50,724 nt of DNA, from positions 1 through 50,724 of the forward strand of contig JAGDMS010000007.1 of assembly GCA_017860575.1 (NCBI GenBank). Direction: 5' to 3'. The DNA is from Deltaproteobacteria bacterium. GTDB taxonomy: Bacteria; Desulfobacterota; Binatia; HRBIN30. The translations under genes were made by a program, and so were the position numbers. Position 1 is the stretch's first letter. The number at the start of each line of letters is the position of its first letter. The notes under the pieces are model-generated. The model searched no databases and had not been told where the DNA came from. It saw only the letters and a list, made by a program, of their open reading frames with translations. Positions 18,370 to 27,765 of this stretch are shown here, one piece after another.

Positions 18370-18402
18370 CCTCACGCCCTCGGCGTCCCAAGCCCCACGC
18401 CA

Positions 18403-20109
18403 TCACGCCCCGTCGAGCAGCGACGTACGCTTCCAGCCCCCCTCAGCGTCGATCTCGATCACCGCATCGAAATCTTCACGCCGGAGCAAATCGTCTCCGA
18501 GCACCACGCAGCCGGTACCGCGCTCCACCAGAGCGCCCAGCAGACGCGCGGCACCGTCTTTGTCCAACCCTTCACCGAGGTGTGCAATGACGGCGAAGCG
18601 CGGCGAGACGATGAGCAGCCGGGCCAGTGCCACCAGCCGTTGCTCCTCAACGGACAGCACGTCGTCCCAGTCGCGCTCGACGTCCAGGCCACCGGCGCGC
18701 TCAACGGCCGCAGCGGCGCCGACCGTACGCAGGGCCGGCCACGCGATGGCGTCTTCCACGACCGCGCCGTCGGACCGGCCGAGGAATTCGCGCAGCGTTC
18801 CCGGTGGCGTGTACGGGCGATCCGGCAGCAGGGCGATGTCATCAAGGCGCGGGCGTACGATGCGCCCCTCGCCCGCGTCCCAAATCCCGGCGATCGCCTT
18901 TTGCAGCGCGTCCGTCGCGAGATCACTGGCTGCCGTGACCAGCAGGCGTGATCGTGCGGGCAGGTCCAGTGTCAGTGCACGGATGAGTGCGCGCGTGCTG
19001 TGCGGTGTTTGCACCGTCACGTTTTCGAACGCGATGCGACGCTCGTCTTCGAAAATGGTAATGCCACCCGTGACTTCCTCGCCAGTGACCTCGCCCCACC
19101 CCCCGATCGGACTCAGGCGCGTCACCACCGCCGCGTACGACGAGAGCAGCGGAAACTGCGTTACGACGAGTGAGAACGCACCGAGGACGTGTCCGAAGGC
19201 CATTGCCGACTGGGAAATCTCACCGAATTCCGCCGATCCGCGGATGAACAGCGGCGCGACGATGACCACCGGTATGAGCTGGGTCAGGTAATTATACCCT
19301 GTCGTGAAGAAACCCAGGTTGCGGTTGACCGCGATGATGCGCCGCAGATTGCTGCTGAACGCATCGACGCGACGGCGCAAGCGGCCGCGGAGCTGCGCCT
19401 CGCAATGGGCGAGGGCTATGGACTCGGTATTTTCCCGGATGTGAATGAGGTCGGAACGAAAGTTCGCTTCCTTGTCGGCCTGGTCGTAGTTGAGCCGCAC
19501 CAGCGGACGCCCGAGCAATACGGCCAGCGCGGAGCCGATGATCGCGTACAGCACCGCGACGACGAAGAGCAGGCGGCTGATCGACCACAACACACCGGAG
19601 AACGCGATGAGTGTGAGTGTGCCGTTGAGGAAGATGAGGCTGAGCGAGAGCGTCATCGTCGTGAAGGTGCGCACGTCGTCCGCGATGCGCTGGTCCGGAT
19701 TGGTGACCGTTCCCGATGCGTTCACGTGATAGTAAAGGTGGTCTGCGAGGTACCCCCCCACGATGCGGTGCGTCATCCACTCGCGCCAGAGCAGACCTAG
19801 CCGCTCCTCGGTGAAGCGGTAGAAGACGGCCGCAAGGGTCAGCAGTGCAAACACGCCGATGTACAGCACCGTCTGGTACACGAACCCCTGCCAGTTGCGG
19901 TGCTCGATGGCCGTCATGAAGTCGCGGCCCACGTAGCTGTTGAGGACGTTGAGGCCGTTGATTGCCAGGAGCAGCAGCAGCAACAAACTGGCGCGCAGGC
20001 GCGCATGCCCCTTGACCTCGCCCGTGCCAAAGTTCGCAATCGCCCGGCCGAGGCGACTCAGGGTAAGCCGGATGAACGTCCTGTCCTGCAACGGTGCCGA
20101 GTTTGTCAT
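18403..20109 (-). CDS. ABCD/YddA-type (ABC_membrane_2) half-transporter with a degenerate nucleotide-binding domain
   Basis: Track ORF 18403-20130 starts at TTG; an ATG at 20109 is the alternative. The TMD carries NPDQRIADDV and EANFRSDLIHIRENTESIA, typical of the family. The C-terminal NBD fold is retained but the motifs are altered (see finding). Confidence 0.85.
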   Translation of the reverse strand: MTNSAPLQDRTFIRLTLSRLGRAIANFGTGEVKGHARLRASLLLLLLLAINGLNVLNSYVGRDFMTAIEHRNWQGFVYQTVLYIGVFALLTLAAVFYRFTEERLGLLWREWMTHRIVGGYLADHLYYHVNASGTVTNPDQRIADDVRTFTTMTLSLSLIFLNGTLTLIAFSGVLWSISRLLFVVAVLYAIIGSALAVLLGRPLVRLNYDQADKEANFRSDLIHIRENTESIALAHCEAQLRGRLRRRVDAFSSNLRRIIAVNRNLGFFTTGYNYLTQLIPVVIVAPLFIRGSAEFGEISQSAMAFGHVLGAFSLVVTQFPLLSSYAAVVTRLSPIGGWGEVTGEEVTGGITIFEDERRIAFENVTVQTPHSTRALIRALTLDLPARSRLLVTAASDLATDALQKAIAGIWDAGEGRIVRPRLDDIALLPDRPYTPPGTLREFLGRSDGAVVEDAIAWPALRTVGAAAAVERAGGLDVERDWDDVLSVEEQRLVALARLLIVSPRFAVIAHLGEGLDKDGAARLLGALVERGTGCVVLGDDLLRREDFDAVIEIDAEGGWKRTSLLDGA

Positions 20110-20289
20110 GACGGGTTTTTGAGCCAGCAATTCCTACAACAACCAGTCCGGCGACGCTAGCGCGTGGAGTTGGTGCAGAATTGCCGTGAAATTGTGGTGG
20201 AAGTGCCCCGCGTGTGCCTGGCGCCCTACGCCTGAGAGTGGCGTGCACGGATGCAACGGTGTACATACCAAGCCGCGCATGGAGCCAGC

Positions 20290-23200
20290 ATGACAAGCAA
20301 GGTCTTGGACGCGTTCGAAGACACGTCGCGCTGGACGGCGGTCACCTCCGGCCTCGCCCAGCTGACCATCTCGTCCGAGCGGGTTGCCGGCCGCCAGGCG
20401 ATGCGTCTCGACTACGACTTCAAGGGTGGCGGTGGCTTCGTCGTCGCGCGCAAGCTTCTGCCACAGCCGATCCCGGAGACATACGCCTTCCGGTTCGCGA
20501 TCCGCGGCGCCGCACCGGCCAACCGGTTCGAGATCAAGCTTGCCGACCCGAGCGGGCGCAACGTCTGGTGGCGACACTGGGACGCCTTCGAGCTCACCGC
20601 CGACTGGCGCACGATGGATGTGCGCAGCAGCGAAATCGAGTTCGCATGGGGTCCGGCCGGCGGCGGGGCGCTGTCCCAGCTGGGCGCCATCGAATTCGTC
20701 ATCGCCGCCGGTCCCGGCGGCGCCGGTACGGTGTGGATCAGCGACCTCCGGCTCGAGGACCGCACGTACCGAGCGACGCCGCGTGTGCGTGCCTCGAGCG
20801 CGCGCATCGGGCACGCGCCCGAATACGCGCTCGATGGCGACGGCACGACGAGCTGGCGCGGCGACGCGTCAGCGGCCGCGCAGTGGTTGGAGATCGACTT
20901 CCAAGAGGAACGCGAATATGGCGGCCTCGTCGTGCAGTGGGCGCCCGGGGCTTCACCGCGTACTTTCGACGTGCAGATCTCTAACGACGGCGCATCGTGG
21001 ACGACCGTTCACGCGGCGGAGGCGGCGGACGTCGAATGCAGTTACATCTACCTCCCATGCACGGCGGGCCGTTATGTGCGATTCGCGCTCGAGCCGCAGG
21101 ACGCCCGCGGCTGCGGCATTGTCGAGGTTGCCGTCCAACCCTTCGAGTTCTCGCGCTCGATGCACGCCTTTTTCGAGCACGTCGCGCGCAGCCAGCCACG
21201 CGGCTACCATCCGCGCTGGCTCTGCGGCGAACAAAGCTACTGGACCTGCGTCGGCCTGTCCGACGGGGAGACCTGTGCGATCATCAACGAGGAAGGTGCG
21301 GTGGAGGTCGATCGCGGCACGTTCGTGATCGAGCCGTTCGTGCATGTCGACGGCCGCCTGCTCACGTGGGCGGACGCGGAGGTCGTACAGACACTCGAGG
21401 ACGATTGGCTGCCTATTCCCTCGTCTGTCTGGAATGCCGAGGAACTCGTCGTGCGCACCACGGCGTTTGCCGGACGGTGGGACGGGTACGCCATCCTCTA
21501 CGTGCGCTACCGGATCGAGAACCGTGCGGCACGCGTGCGGCAGGCACGCGTCTTTGCCGCCATCCGGCCCTTTCAGGTGAATCCGCCGTGGCAGGCGTTT
21601 GGCGAGCTCGGCGGCGTACGGAAAATCGGCGCGCTCGCGTGGGACGGCACGGCGGTGCAGGTTGACGCATCGCGCTGGGTGGTGCCGCTCACCGTGCCCT
21701 CTGGGTTCGGCGCGGCCGCCTTCGAGCGCGGCGAGATTCCCAGCTACCTCGCGCGCGGCGAGCTACCGTCCCGCAGCTCTGTCGCCGACGCGTTTGGATA
21801 CGCGTCCGGTGCGCTCGCCTTCGACGTCGATCTGGCGCCCGGGGCGGCAGGGGACGTGTTCCTCGCCATCCCGTTCGGCGCCGCGGCGGCAGCGACCGTC
21901 GCGGAGCTTGGTCAGGTTGACGGAGCGGAGGCATTCGACACGGCGCTGCGCGATTGGCGCGAGCGTCTGGGCGCGGTCGGATTCACCTTGCCGCTAGCGG
22001 CTCGTGCCTACGGTGACGTCGCCCGGACGGCGGCGGCGCAGGTGCTCGTCAACCGCGACGGGCCGGCGCTGCAGCCGGGCCCGCGGCGCTACACGCGCTC
22101 CTGGATCCGCGACGGTGCCGTGATGGCGGCGGCCCTGCTGCGCTTCGGCCGCTGCAGCGAGGCGGTCGAATTTGTCCGCTGGTACGCCGGCTACCAGGCG
22201 GCGGACGGCAATGTCCCGTGCTGTGTCGATCGCAACGGGCCCGATTGGCTGGTCGAGCACGACAGCCACGGCGAGTTGATCTACACGGTCATGGAGTGCT
22301 TCCGTTTCACCCGCGACCGGGCTTTCCTCGCGGAATTGTGGCCGGCGGTACGTAAGGCCGTTGCCTACCTCGATGCCCTGCGGGCGCAGCGGCTCGGCCC
22401 TGCGTTCGACACGCCGGATCTGCGTGCGCGACGCGGACTGCTGCCGGAGTCCGCCAGCCATGAGGGCTATCTGGCGCACCCGGTGCACGCGTACTGGGAC
22501 GACTTCTGGGCGCTGCAGGGGTATCGTGACGCGGCGGCCATGGCGGCGCTGCTGGGCGAGGATGGCGAGGCGCAGCGCATCGCGGCGAGCCACGACGCGC
22601 TGCGCCTCGCGGTGCGGGCGTCGATCGCGTGCACCATGGCCGAGCGCGGCATCGCGTACGTGCCGGGCTCGGTCGAGTGGGCGGACTTCGACCCGGCGGC
22701 AACGGCTGTGGCCGTGTCGCTGCTTGGCGCCCTCGAGGATCTGCCACGGCAGGCGCTCGAGCACAGTTTCGACGAGTATCTCGCCGGCTTTCGCCGTCGG
22801 CAGCGGGGCGAGATCGACTGGAACAACTACTCGGCGTACGAGATCCGTATCATCGGGGCCCTGGTGCACCTCGGGCGGCGCAACGACGTCGCGGCACTTG
22901 CCGCATCCCTCCTCGGCGACCGCCGCCCGCTGGTGTGGAACCAGTGGCCGGAGATTTCCTGGCGCAATCCCCGCAGCCCGGGCCATCTGGGTGACGTGCC
23001 GCACACGTGGATCGGCGCCGAGTACGTGTTCGCCTTCCGCACCATGCTGGCCTACGAACGCCAGTCCGATCAGGCGCTCGTCCTCGCAGCGGGCGTACCG
23101 GCAGCGTGGGTCGACGACGCTACCGGCGTCGGCGTCACGCACCTGCCGACGCACTACGGCACCCTCGACTTCCACCTCCGCCGCGAAGGTCGTAACCTCG

Positions 23201-23370
23201 TGTTCACCATCGGCGGTGCCATTGAAATGCCCCCCGGCGGAATCGTCCTCTACCCGCCGCTTGCGGGACCGCTGGTTGCTGTCGAGGTGAACGGCCGTGC
23301 GATCTCGATTGGCGAGGCGGATGGCGTAATGATCGACGTGTGCCCCGCCCGCGTCGTCCTGCGAATCTGA
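20290..23370 (+). CDS. Discoidin (F5/8 type C) domain protein fused to an (alpha/alpha)6 GH15-like glycoside hydrolase-type domain
   Basis: Track ORF 20251-23370; GGAG precedes the ATG at 20290. The discoidin segment reads YALDGDGTTSWRGDA...WLEIDF...FDVQISNDGASWTTV...GRYVRFAL. Downstream, RRYTRSWIRDGAVMAAALLRFG and following helices suggest a six-hairpin barrel. No signal peptide. Confidence 0.8.
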   Translation: MTSKVLDAFEDTSRWTAVTSGLAQLTISSERVAGRQAMRLDYDFKGGGGFVVARKLLPQPIPETYAFRFAIRGAAPANRFEIKLADPSGRNVWWRHWDAFELTADWRTMDVRSSEIEFAWGPAGGGALSQLGAIEFVIAAGPGGAGTVWISDLRLEDRTYRATPRVRASSARIGHAPEYALDGDGTTSWRGDASAAAQWLEIDFQEEREYGGLVVQWAPGASPRTFDVQISNDGASWTTVHAAEAADVECSYIYLPCTAGRYVRFALEPQDARGCGIVEVAVQPFEFSRSMHAFFEHVARSQPRGYHPRWLCGEQSYWTCVGLSDGETCAIINEEGAVEVDRGTFVIEPFVHVDGRLLTWADAEVVQTLEDDWLPIPSSVWNAEELVVRTTAFAGRWDGYAILYVRYRIENRAARVRQARVFAAIRPFQVNPPWQAFGELGGVRKIGALAWDGTAVQVDASRWVVPLTVPSGFGAAAFERGEIPSYLARGELPSRSSVADAFGYASGALAFDVDLAPGAAGDVFLAIPFGAAAAATVAELGQVDGAEAFDTALRDWRERLGAVGFTLPLAARAYGDVARTAAAQVLVNRDGPALQPGPRRYTRSWIRDGAVMAAALLRFGRCSEAVEFVRWYAGYQAADGNVPCCVDRNGPDWLVEHDSHGELIYTVMECFRFTRDRAFLAELWPAVRKAVAYLDALRAQRLGPAFDTPDLRARRGLLPESASHEGYLAHPVHAYWDDFWALQGYRDAAAMAALLGEDGEAQRIAASHDALRLAVRASIACTMAERGIAYVPGSVEWADFDPAATAVAVSLLGALEDLPRQALEHSFDEYLAGFRRRQRGEIDWNNYSAYEIRIIGALVHLGRRNDVAALAASLLGDRRPLVWNQWPEISWRNPRSPGHLGDVPHTWIGAEYVFAFRTMLAYERQSDQALVLAAGVPAAWVDDATGVGVTHLPTHYGTLDFHLRREGRNLVFTIGGAIEMPPGGIVLYPPLAGPLVAVEVNGRAISIGEADGVMIDVCPARVVLRI

Positions 23371-23462
23371 GGGTGCGGCGTCACGCAGTACTGCCGCAGT
23401 TGAATGCGGACTATCCATGATTTCGGCAGCGCGCTTCGGCACGCTCGATTCGCGGAGGGACG

Positions 23463-23759
23463 ATGGCGAGTTCATCTCATGCAGCGGCGAAGACCTTCTC
23501 GTTACATTGGGGCAGTGGAATCATCGAGGAAGAGGCACAGATCGTCACCGCCTATCACTGTCCCACCATCCAACTGCTGAAGTTCACCGCGGGCGCGGCG
23601 GCCGGCAGCCACGATATCCGCTTCTGTCACTACGATCACCACGGCCGCTTCCAACGCTCGCCGCTCATTATTGACGAGAAGGATCTGCCGGCGCTCAGGA
23701 AGGCGCTGGCCACGACGCCGAAACTGCGCCGGATGTTGGCGCGCTTAGTGGGCCGATGA
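23463..23759 (+). CDS. Hypothetical small protein (98 aa)
   Basis: GGAGGG lies 4 nt upstream of the ATG. Composition is protein-like and not Arg/Pro-rich (FSLHWGSGIIEEEAQIVTAYHCPTIQLLKF...IIDEKDLPALRKAL). I recognise no family. Confidence 0.5.
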   Translation: MASSSHAAAKTFSLHWGSGIIEEEAQIVTAYHCPTIQLLKFTAGAAAGSHDIRFCHYDHHGRFQRSPLIIDEKDLPALRKALATTPKLRRMLARLVGR

Positions 23760-23825
23760 TCGCGTTCCCGGCGTTTCCACCGCGAGCGGCTTCTCTCGCG
23801 CGCCCGTCTGTGACAGACTACCGCC

Positions 23826-24641
23826 ATGGCACCGACCGGTTACTTCGCGGGACCCACGCCGCGAGTCTTTGGGCATCGCGGGGCGGCCGCGTTGGCGCCG
23901 GAGAATACGCTCGCTTCGTTTGCCCTGGCGCTGGCCCTGGGGGCGGACGCGCTCGAACTCGATGTGCATGGGAGCCGGGACGGCGTGATCGTTGTGATCC
24001 ATGATAACACTCTCGAGCGCACTACCGATGGCTACGGGGCGGTGCAAGATCAGACCTGGAGCGCGTTGAGCCAACTGGATGCCGGCTACCACTTCACGCA
24101 CGACGGCCGCACCTTCCCGTTTCGCGGCCAGGGCGTACGTCTGCCGACGCTCGAAGCGGTGCTGCAGCGCTTCCCGCTGGCGTACTGCAATATCGAAGTG
24201 AAGCAGGACGATCCGCCGATTGTCGAAGAGGTGGTGCGTATCATCACCCGGTTCAACGCCGAAGGGCGAGTCCTCTTGGCGGCCGAGCACGATGCCATCA
24301 TGCAGCATATCCGCCGCCACGCGGGCGATATCGTGACGAGCTTCGCGGCTGAGGAGGTGGTGGAGTTCCTCGGCCGCGTGCAGACGTCCGGGTTCGACGG
24401 CTATCGCCCGCAGGGCCGGGCACTGCAGATCCCGCCGCACTTCGGCGCGATCCCCTTGATCACGGCCGCAAGTGTGGCAGCGGCGCACCAGTGCGGCCTC
24501 GAAGTGCACGCCTGGACCATCAACCAACGCGAGGAAATGGAGGTGCTGCTGGCGCTCGGCGTCGACGGGATCATGTCCGACCACCCCGGGTTGGCGCGCA
24601 TGGTGGTGGATGAGTGGACGCGGACGCCGCGTCCTGCCTAA
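23826..24641 (+). CDS. ugpQ: Glycerophosphodiester phosphodiesterase
   Basis: FGHRGAAALAPENTLASF...ELDVHGSRDGVIVVIHDNTLERTTDG are GDPD catalytic motifs. No signal peptide, so this is the cytoplasmic UgpQ type. Confidence 0.9.
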   Translation: MAPTGYFAGPTPRVFGHRGAAALAPENTLASFALALALGADALELDVHGSRDGVIVVIHDNTLERTTDGYGAVQDQTWSALSQLDAGYHFTHDGRTFPFRGQGVRLPTLEAVLQRFPLAYCNIEVKQDDPPIVEEVVRIITRFNAEGRVLLAAEHDAIMQHIRRHAGDIVTSFAAEEVVEFLGRVQTSGFDGYRPQGRALQIPPHFGAIPLITAASVAAAHQCGLEVHAWTINQREEMEVLLALGVDGIMSDHPGLARMVVDEWTRTPRPA

Positions 24642-25060
24642 GCGACTGCTTCTTCCTTCACCGACTGCCCGCAGCCGGGGCAGAAGTTGGCCCGGGGCGG
24701 TACGGAGTGGCCGCAGGCCGGGCAGAAGGCGATGCGGCTCGGGCGTCGCGCTTGGCGCGCGTCTTTCAGTTGCGCCGTTTTGCTCGCGTCGAGGACGGCA
24801 ATCGCTTGTAGCGCCTCGTTCATGAACTTGTTGCGCATGGCCGTGAAGTCGGCGTCGGAGAGTTTCCCCATGCGGTAGTCGAACTCGATCTCTTTGATTG
24901 CGGCGTAGGCTTCCCGTTTCTGCCGCTCGAGTTTTTCACGTTCCGGTGCGCTCACGGTGCGCAGCGCAGTCGTCTGTCCGTCCGTTTCGCCGGTGAAGAA
25001 CGGCAGGGCGACATAGGCCACCACCAGCACCACCATCAAGAGTCCAATAGCAATCGTCAT
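24638..25060 (-). CDS. Membrane-anchored zinc-ribbon protein, last gene of the ccm block
   Basis: N-terminal TM (MTIAIGLLMVVLVVAYVALPFF), a charged coiled segment, then a C-terminal FCPACGHSVPPRANFCPGCG zinc ribbon. It starts 27 nt after ccmH. Confidence 0.7.
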   Translation of the reverse strand: MTIAIGLLMVVLVVAYVALPFFTGETDGQTTALRTVSAPEREKLERQKREAYAAIKEIEFDYRMGKLSDADFTAMRNKFMNEALQAIAVLDASKTAQLKDARQARRPSRIAFCPACGHSVPPRANFCPGCGQSVKEEAVA

Positions 25061-25087
25061 GAAAGAACTACTGGCCGCTGCGCGCGG

Positions 25088-25600
25088 TCAGTCCTCAAAG
25101 TCCTTGAGCTCCTTTTCCAGAATATCGTCGTACGGCGACTGGGCTCGTGGCGCCTCGCGTGCCGCCGTGGCCTCCGCGCCGTGGCCGCGGCCGCTCCAGC
25201 GCATGACTGCGACCGCTACCACCAGGAGGCCGAGCGCAACCAGCACGAACGGGGTGACCCACGCCAGAATATTGAATCCGGTGGTGGTCGGCGCCGACAA
25301 GATCTTCTCACCGTACTTCCCTTTGAAGTACCCCAGGATTTCCTGTCGGTTCTTCCCCAGGGCGATCTGCTCGCGGATTTCCTGGCGCAATGGGAGGGCC
25401 GATCCGCACTGCAGATGGTTGCAGCTGTGGACCGTGAGTCCGCACCCGCACTGGCAGGTGAGCGATTCCTCGATGTCCTGGAAGGAAACCGAAGTGGCGC
25501 CAAAGACGCTCCGCACCTGCGGCGTCACCGCGCCTGCCACCAGCGCGGCGGCACACAGCACCACCGCGAGACCGAGTCGCGACAACGAACGCCTCTCCAT
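25088..25600 (-). CDS. ccmH: Cytochrome c-type biogenesis protein CcmH/NrfF family (Cys-rich variant motif)
   Basis: Within track ORF 25088-25735, start ATG 25600. Signal/anchor sequence, then LTCQCGCGLTVHSCNHLQC, then LRQEIREQIALGKNRQEILGYFKGKYGEKILSAP and a C-terminal TM. It lies 11 nt downstream of ccmF. Confidence 0.85.
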   Translation of the reverse strand: MERRSLSRLGLAVVLCAAALVAGAVTPQVRSVFGATSVSFQDIEESLTCQCGCGLTVHSCNHLQCGSALPLRQEIREQIALGKNRQEILGYFKGKYGEKILSAPTTTGFNILAWVTPFVLVALGLLVVAVAVMRWSGRGHGAEATAAREAPRAQSPYDDILEKELKDFED

Positions 25601-25611
25601 GCTGCTACCGC

Positions 25612-27615
25612 TCACTCCGTCGTCGCTGCCGGCTGTGTGCCGCGGCTCGGTACGTAGGCCGGCGCGCGCGCGGGCGTGCGACTCGGAACGATGGTCACCA
25701 GTGTCCCAAGGGCGAGCACGATCCCGCCCCACCACAGCCAGCTCACCAGCGGGTTGATGTAGGCGAGAATCGTGACCATCCGCGAGGGCTCGTCGTAGCT
25801 GCCCAGCACCAGGTAGATATCGGAGATGACGGTGGAGCGGATGGCGACCTCGGTCGTCGGTTGCTGCGGCTTTTTGTAGAAACGCTTTTCCGGTCGCAGC
25901 GTGTCGATCTGGCGCCCGTGATCGAGCAGGGCGACATCCGCGGTCAGGTACGCGATGTGGGGCGTCTCGCGCGACTTGATGCCGTCATAGCGCAGCGTAT
26001 AGCGGCCCAATTCAAAGCTATCGCCCGGTTTGAGCGTGATCTGTTTCTCGACCTTGAACGCCGACGTTCCCGTGATGGCGAGGAACATCATTACGATGCC
26101 CAGATGGATGATGTACCCGCCGTAGCGGCGGCGATTCTTCCCTGTGAGACGGATGAGGGCGGTCACCGCCCCTTCGCCGACCATGGCTTGGCGGGCACGC
26201 ACGCCGCGATAGAATTCCATGACGATGGTGGTCAGGACGAACGCGCAGAGGAAGAAGGAGAGGATGGCGGTGTAATGCCGCACGCCGCCAATGATGAGCG
26301 CGACGGCCACCACCAAACCCAGGGCGACCGGCAGCAGAAAGTTCTTTTGCAGGTTCCGCAACGAGGCGCGGCGCCACGCGATGACCGGCCCGACGCCGGT
26401 CAGGAACAGCAAGAACAACCCCAGCGGAGCGTTGACCTTGTTGAAGAACGGTGGCCCGACGGTGATCTTCACGCCGCGGACGGCTTCGGAGATCACCGGA
26501 AAGATCGTTCCCCAAAAGACCGCGAACGCCATGCCGACCAGGATCAGGTTGTTGAGCAGAAAGGTGGATTCGCGCGACAGCACGGAATCAAGCTCGTTCT
26601 CGCTCTTCAACTGCGGCAGACGCCAGACAAGCAGGCCGATGGACACCGCCAGACTGGCGAGGAGAAAGCCGATGAAGAACGGACCCAGGCCGGACTGGGT
26701 GAACGAATGCACCGAGGAGATCACGCCGCTGCGGGTCAGGAATGTGCCGAAGATGGTCAGCGCGAAGGTGAGGATGACCAACACCATGTTCCACACCTTC
26801 AGCATGTTCTTCTTTTCCTGAATCATGACCGAATGCAGGAACGCCGTGCACGTCAGCCACGGCAGGAAGGCCGCATTCTCGACGGGATCCCAGGCCCAAT
26901 AGCCACCCCAGCCGAGCACCAGATACGCCCATTCGGCGCCGAACAGGTTCCCCATGCTGAGGAAAAACCACGCCAACAGGGTCCACCGCCGCGTCGTCCG
27001 GATCCACTCGTCGCCCAGTTTCCCGGTGGCCAGCGCCCCCATGGCGAAGGCAAACGGGATGGCGCAGCCGACGTAGCCGACGTACAGCGCCGGGGGATGT
27101 ATGGTCATCCAGTAGTTCTGCAAGAGGGGATTCAAATCCTGCCCCTCCGCCGGGGTGAACGCCAGCCGCTGGAACGGCGGCGTGACAAAGTTGAGCATCC
27201 CCAGGAAAAAGGAGGCAACCGTCATCAACACCGCGGTCACGTACGGCATGAGCTCGCGATTGCGCTCGCGATTCTGCAGCAGGACGATCGCTGACATCGT
27301 GGCGAGAATAAACGCCCAGAACAGCAGTGAACCCGCCTGGCCACCCCAGAGGGCGGCAATCACGTATTGCAGCGGCAGGGTGGTGCTGGTGTAGTGCGCC
27401 ACGTACTCCAGACTGAAATCATGTGTCACCAGTGCGTGGATCAGTGCGGCGACGGCGATCGTTGTCATGCCGCACACCGCCAGCGTGGCGTGCTCCGCGC
27501 TGGCGATAAAGTCGCGTCTCCGCCAGTACGCCCCGGCCAGCGACATGCCGACGGCATACAGCGCCAGCACTAAGCCGATGACAAGCGCCAAAGAGCCTAC
27601 GTCGACCATTAACAC
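25612..27615 (-). CDS. ccmF: Cytochrome c-type biogenesis heme lyase CcmF
   Basis: 667 aa polytopic protein. WWD-type motif WGGYWAWDPVENAAFLPW and the conserved N-terminus ...LWGGQAGSLLFW. Confidence 0.95.
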   Translation of the reverse strand: MLMVDVGSLALVIGLVLALYAVGMSLAGAYWRRRDFIASAEHATLAVCGMTTIAVAALIHALVTHDFSLEYVAHYTSTTLPLQYVIAALWGGQAGSLLFWAFILATMSAIVLLQNRERNRELMPYVTAVLMTVASFFLGMLNFVTPPFQRLAFTPAEGQDLNPLLQNYWMTIHPPALYVGYVGCAIPFAFAMGALATGKLGDEWIRTTRRWTLLAWFFLSMGNLFGAEWAYLVLGWGGYWAWDPVENAAFLPWLTCTAFLHSVMIQEKKNMLKVWNMVLVILTFALTIFGTFLTRSGVISSVHSFTQSGLGPFFIGFLLASLAVSIGLLVWRLPQLKSENELDSVLSRESTFLLNNLILVGMAFAVFWGTIFPVISEAVRGVKITVGPPFFNKVNAPLGLFLLFLTGVGPVIAWRRASLRNLQKNFLLPVALGLVVAVALIIGGVRHYTAILSFFLCAFVLTTIVMEFYRGVRARQAMVGEGAVTALIRLTGKNRRRYGGYIIHLGIVMMFLAITGTSAFKVEKQITLKPGDSFELGRYTLRYDGIKSRETPHIAYLTADVALLDHGRQIDTLRPEKRFYKKPQQPTTEVAIRSTVISDIYLVLGSYDEPSRMVTILAYINPLVSWLWWGGIVLALGTLVTIVPSRTPARAPAYVPSRGTQPAATTE

Positions 27616-27765
27616 CTCTACGTTAGTTGGTATCCGGGATCGCTTGTAGTTGCGTCACGTTTCCGTTCGGGGCCGCTTCCAGCGACCCAACACGTCCACC
27701 GGAAGCCTCTGGCGCGCGGGCGGGAAGCGGTCCCACCGAGCCCATGGTCCGAGGCTCCGGCCTCA

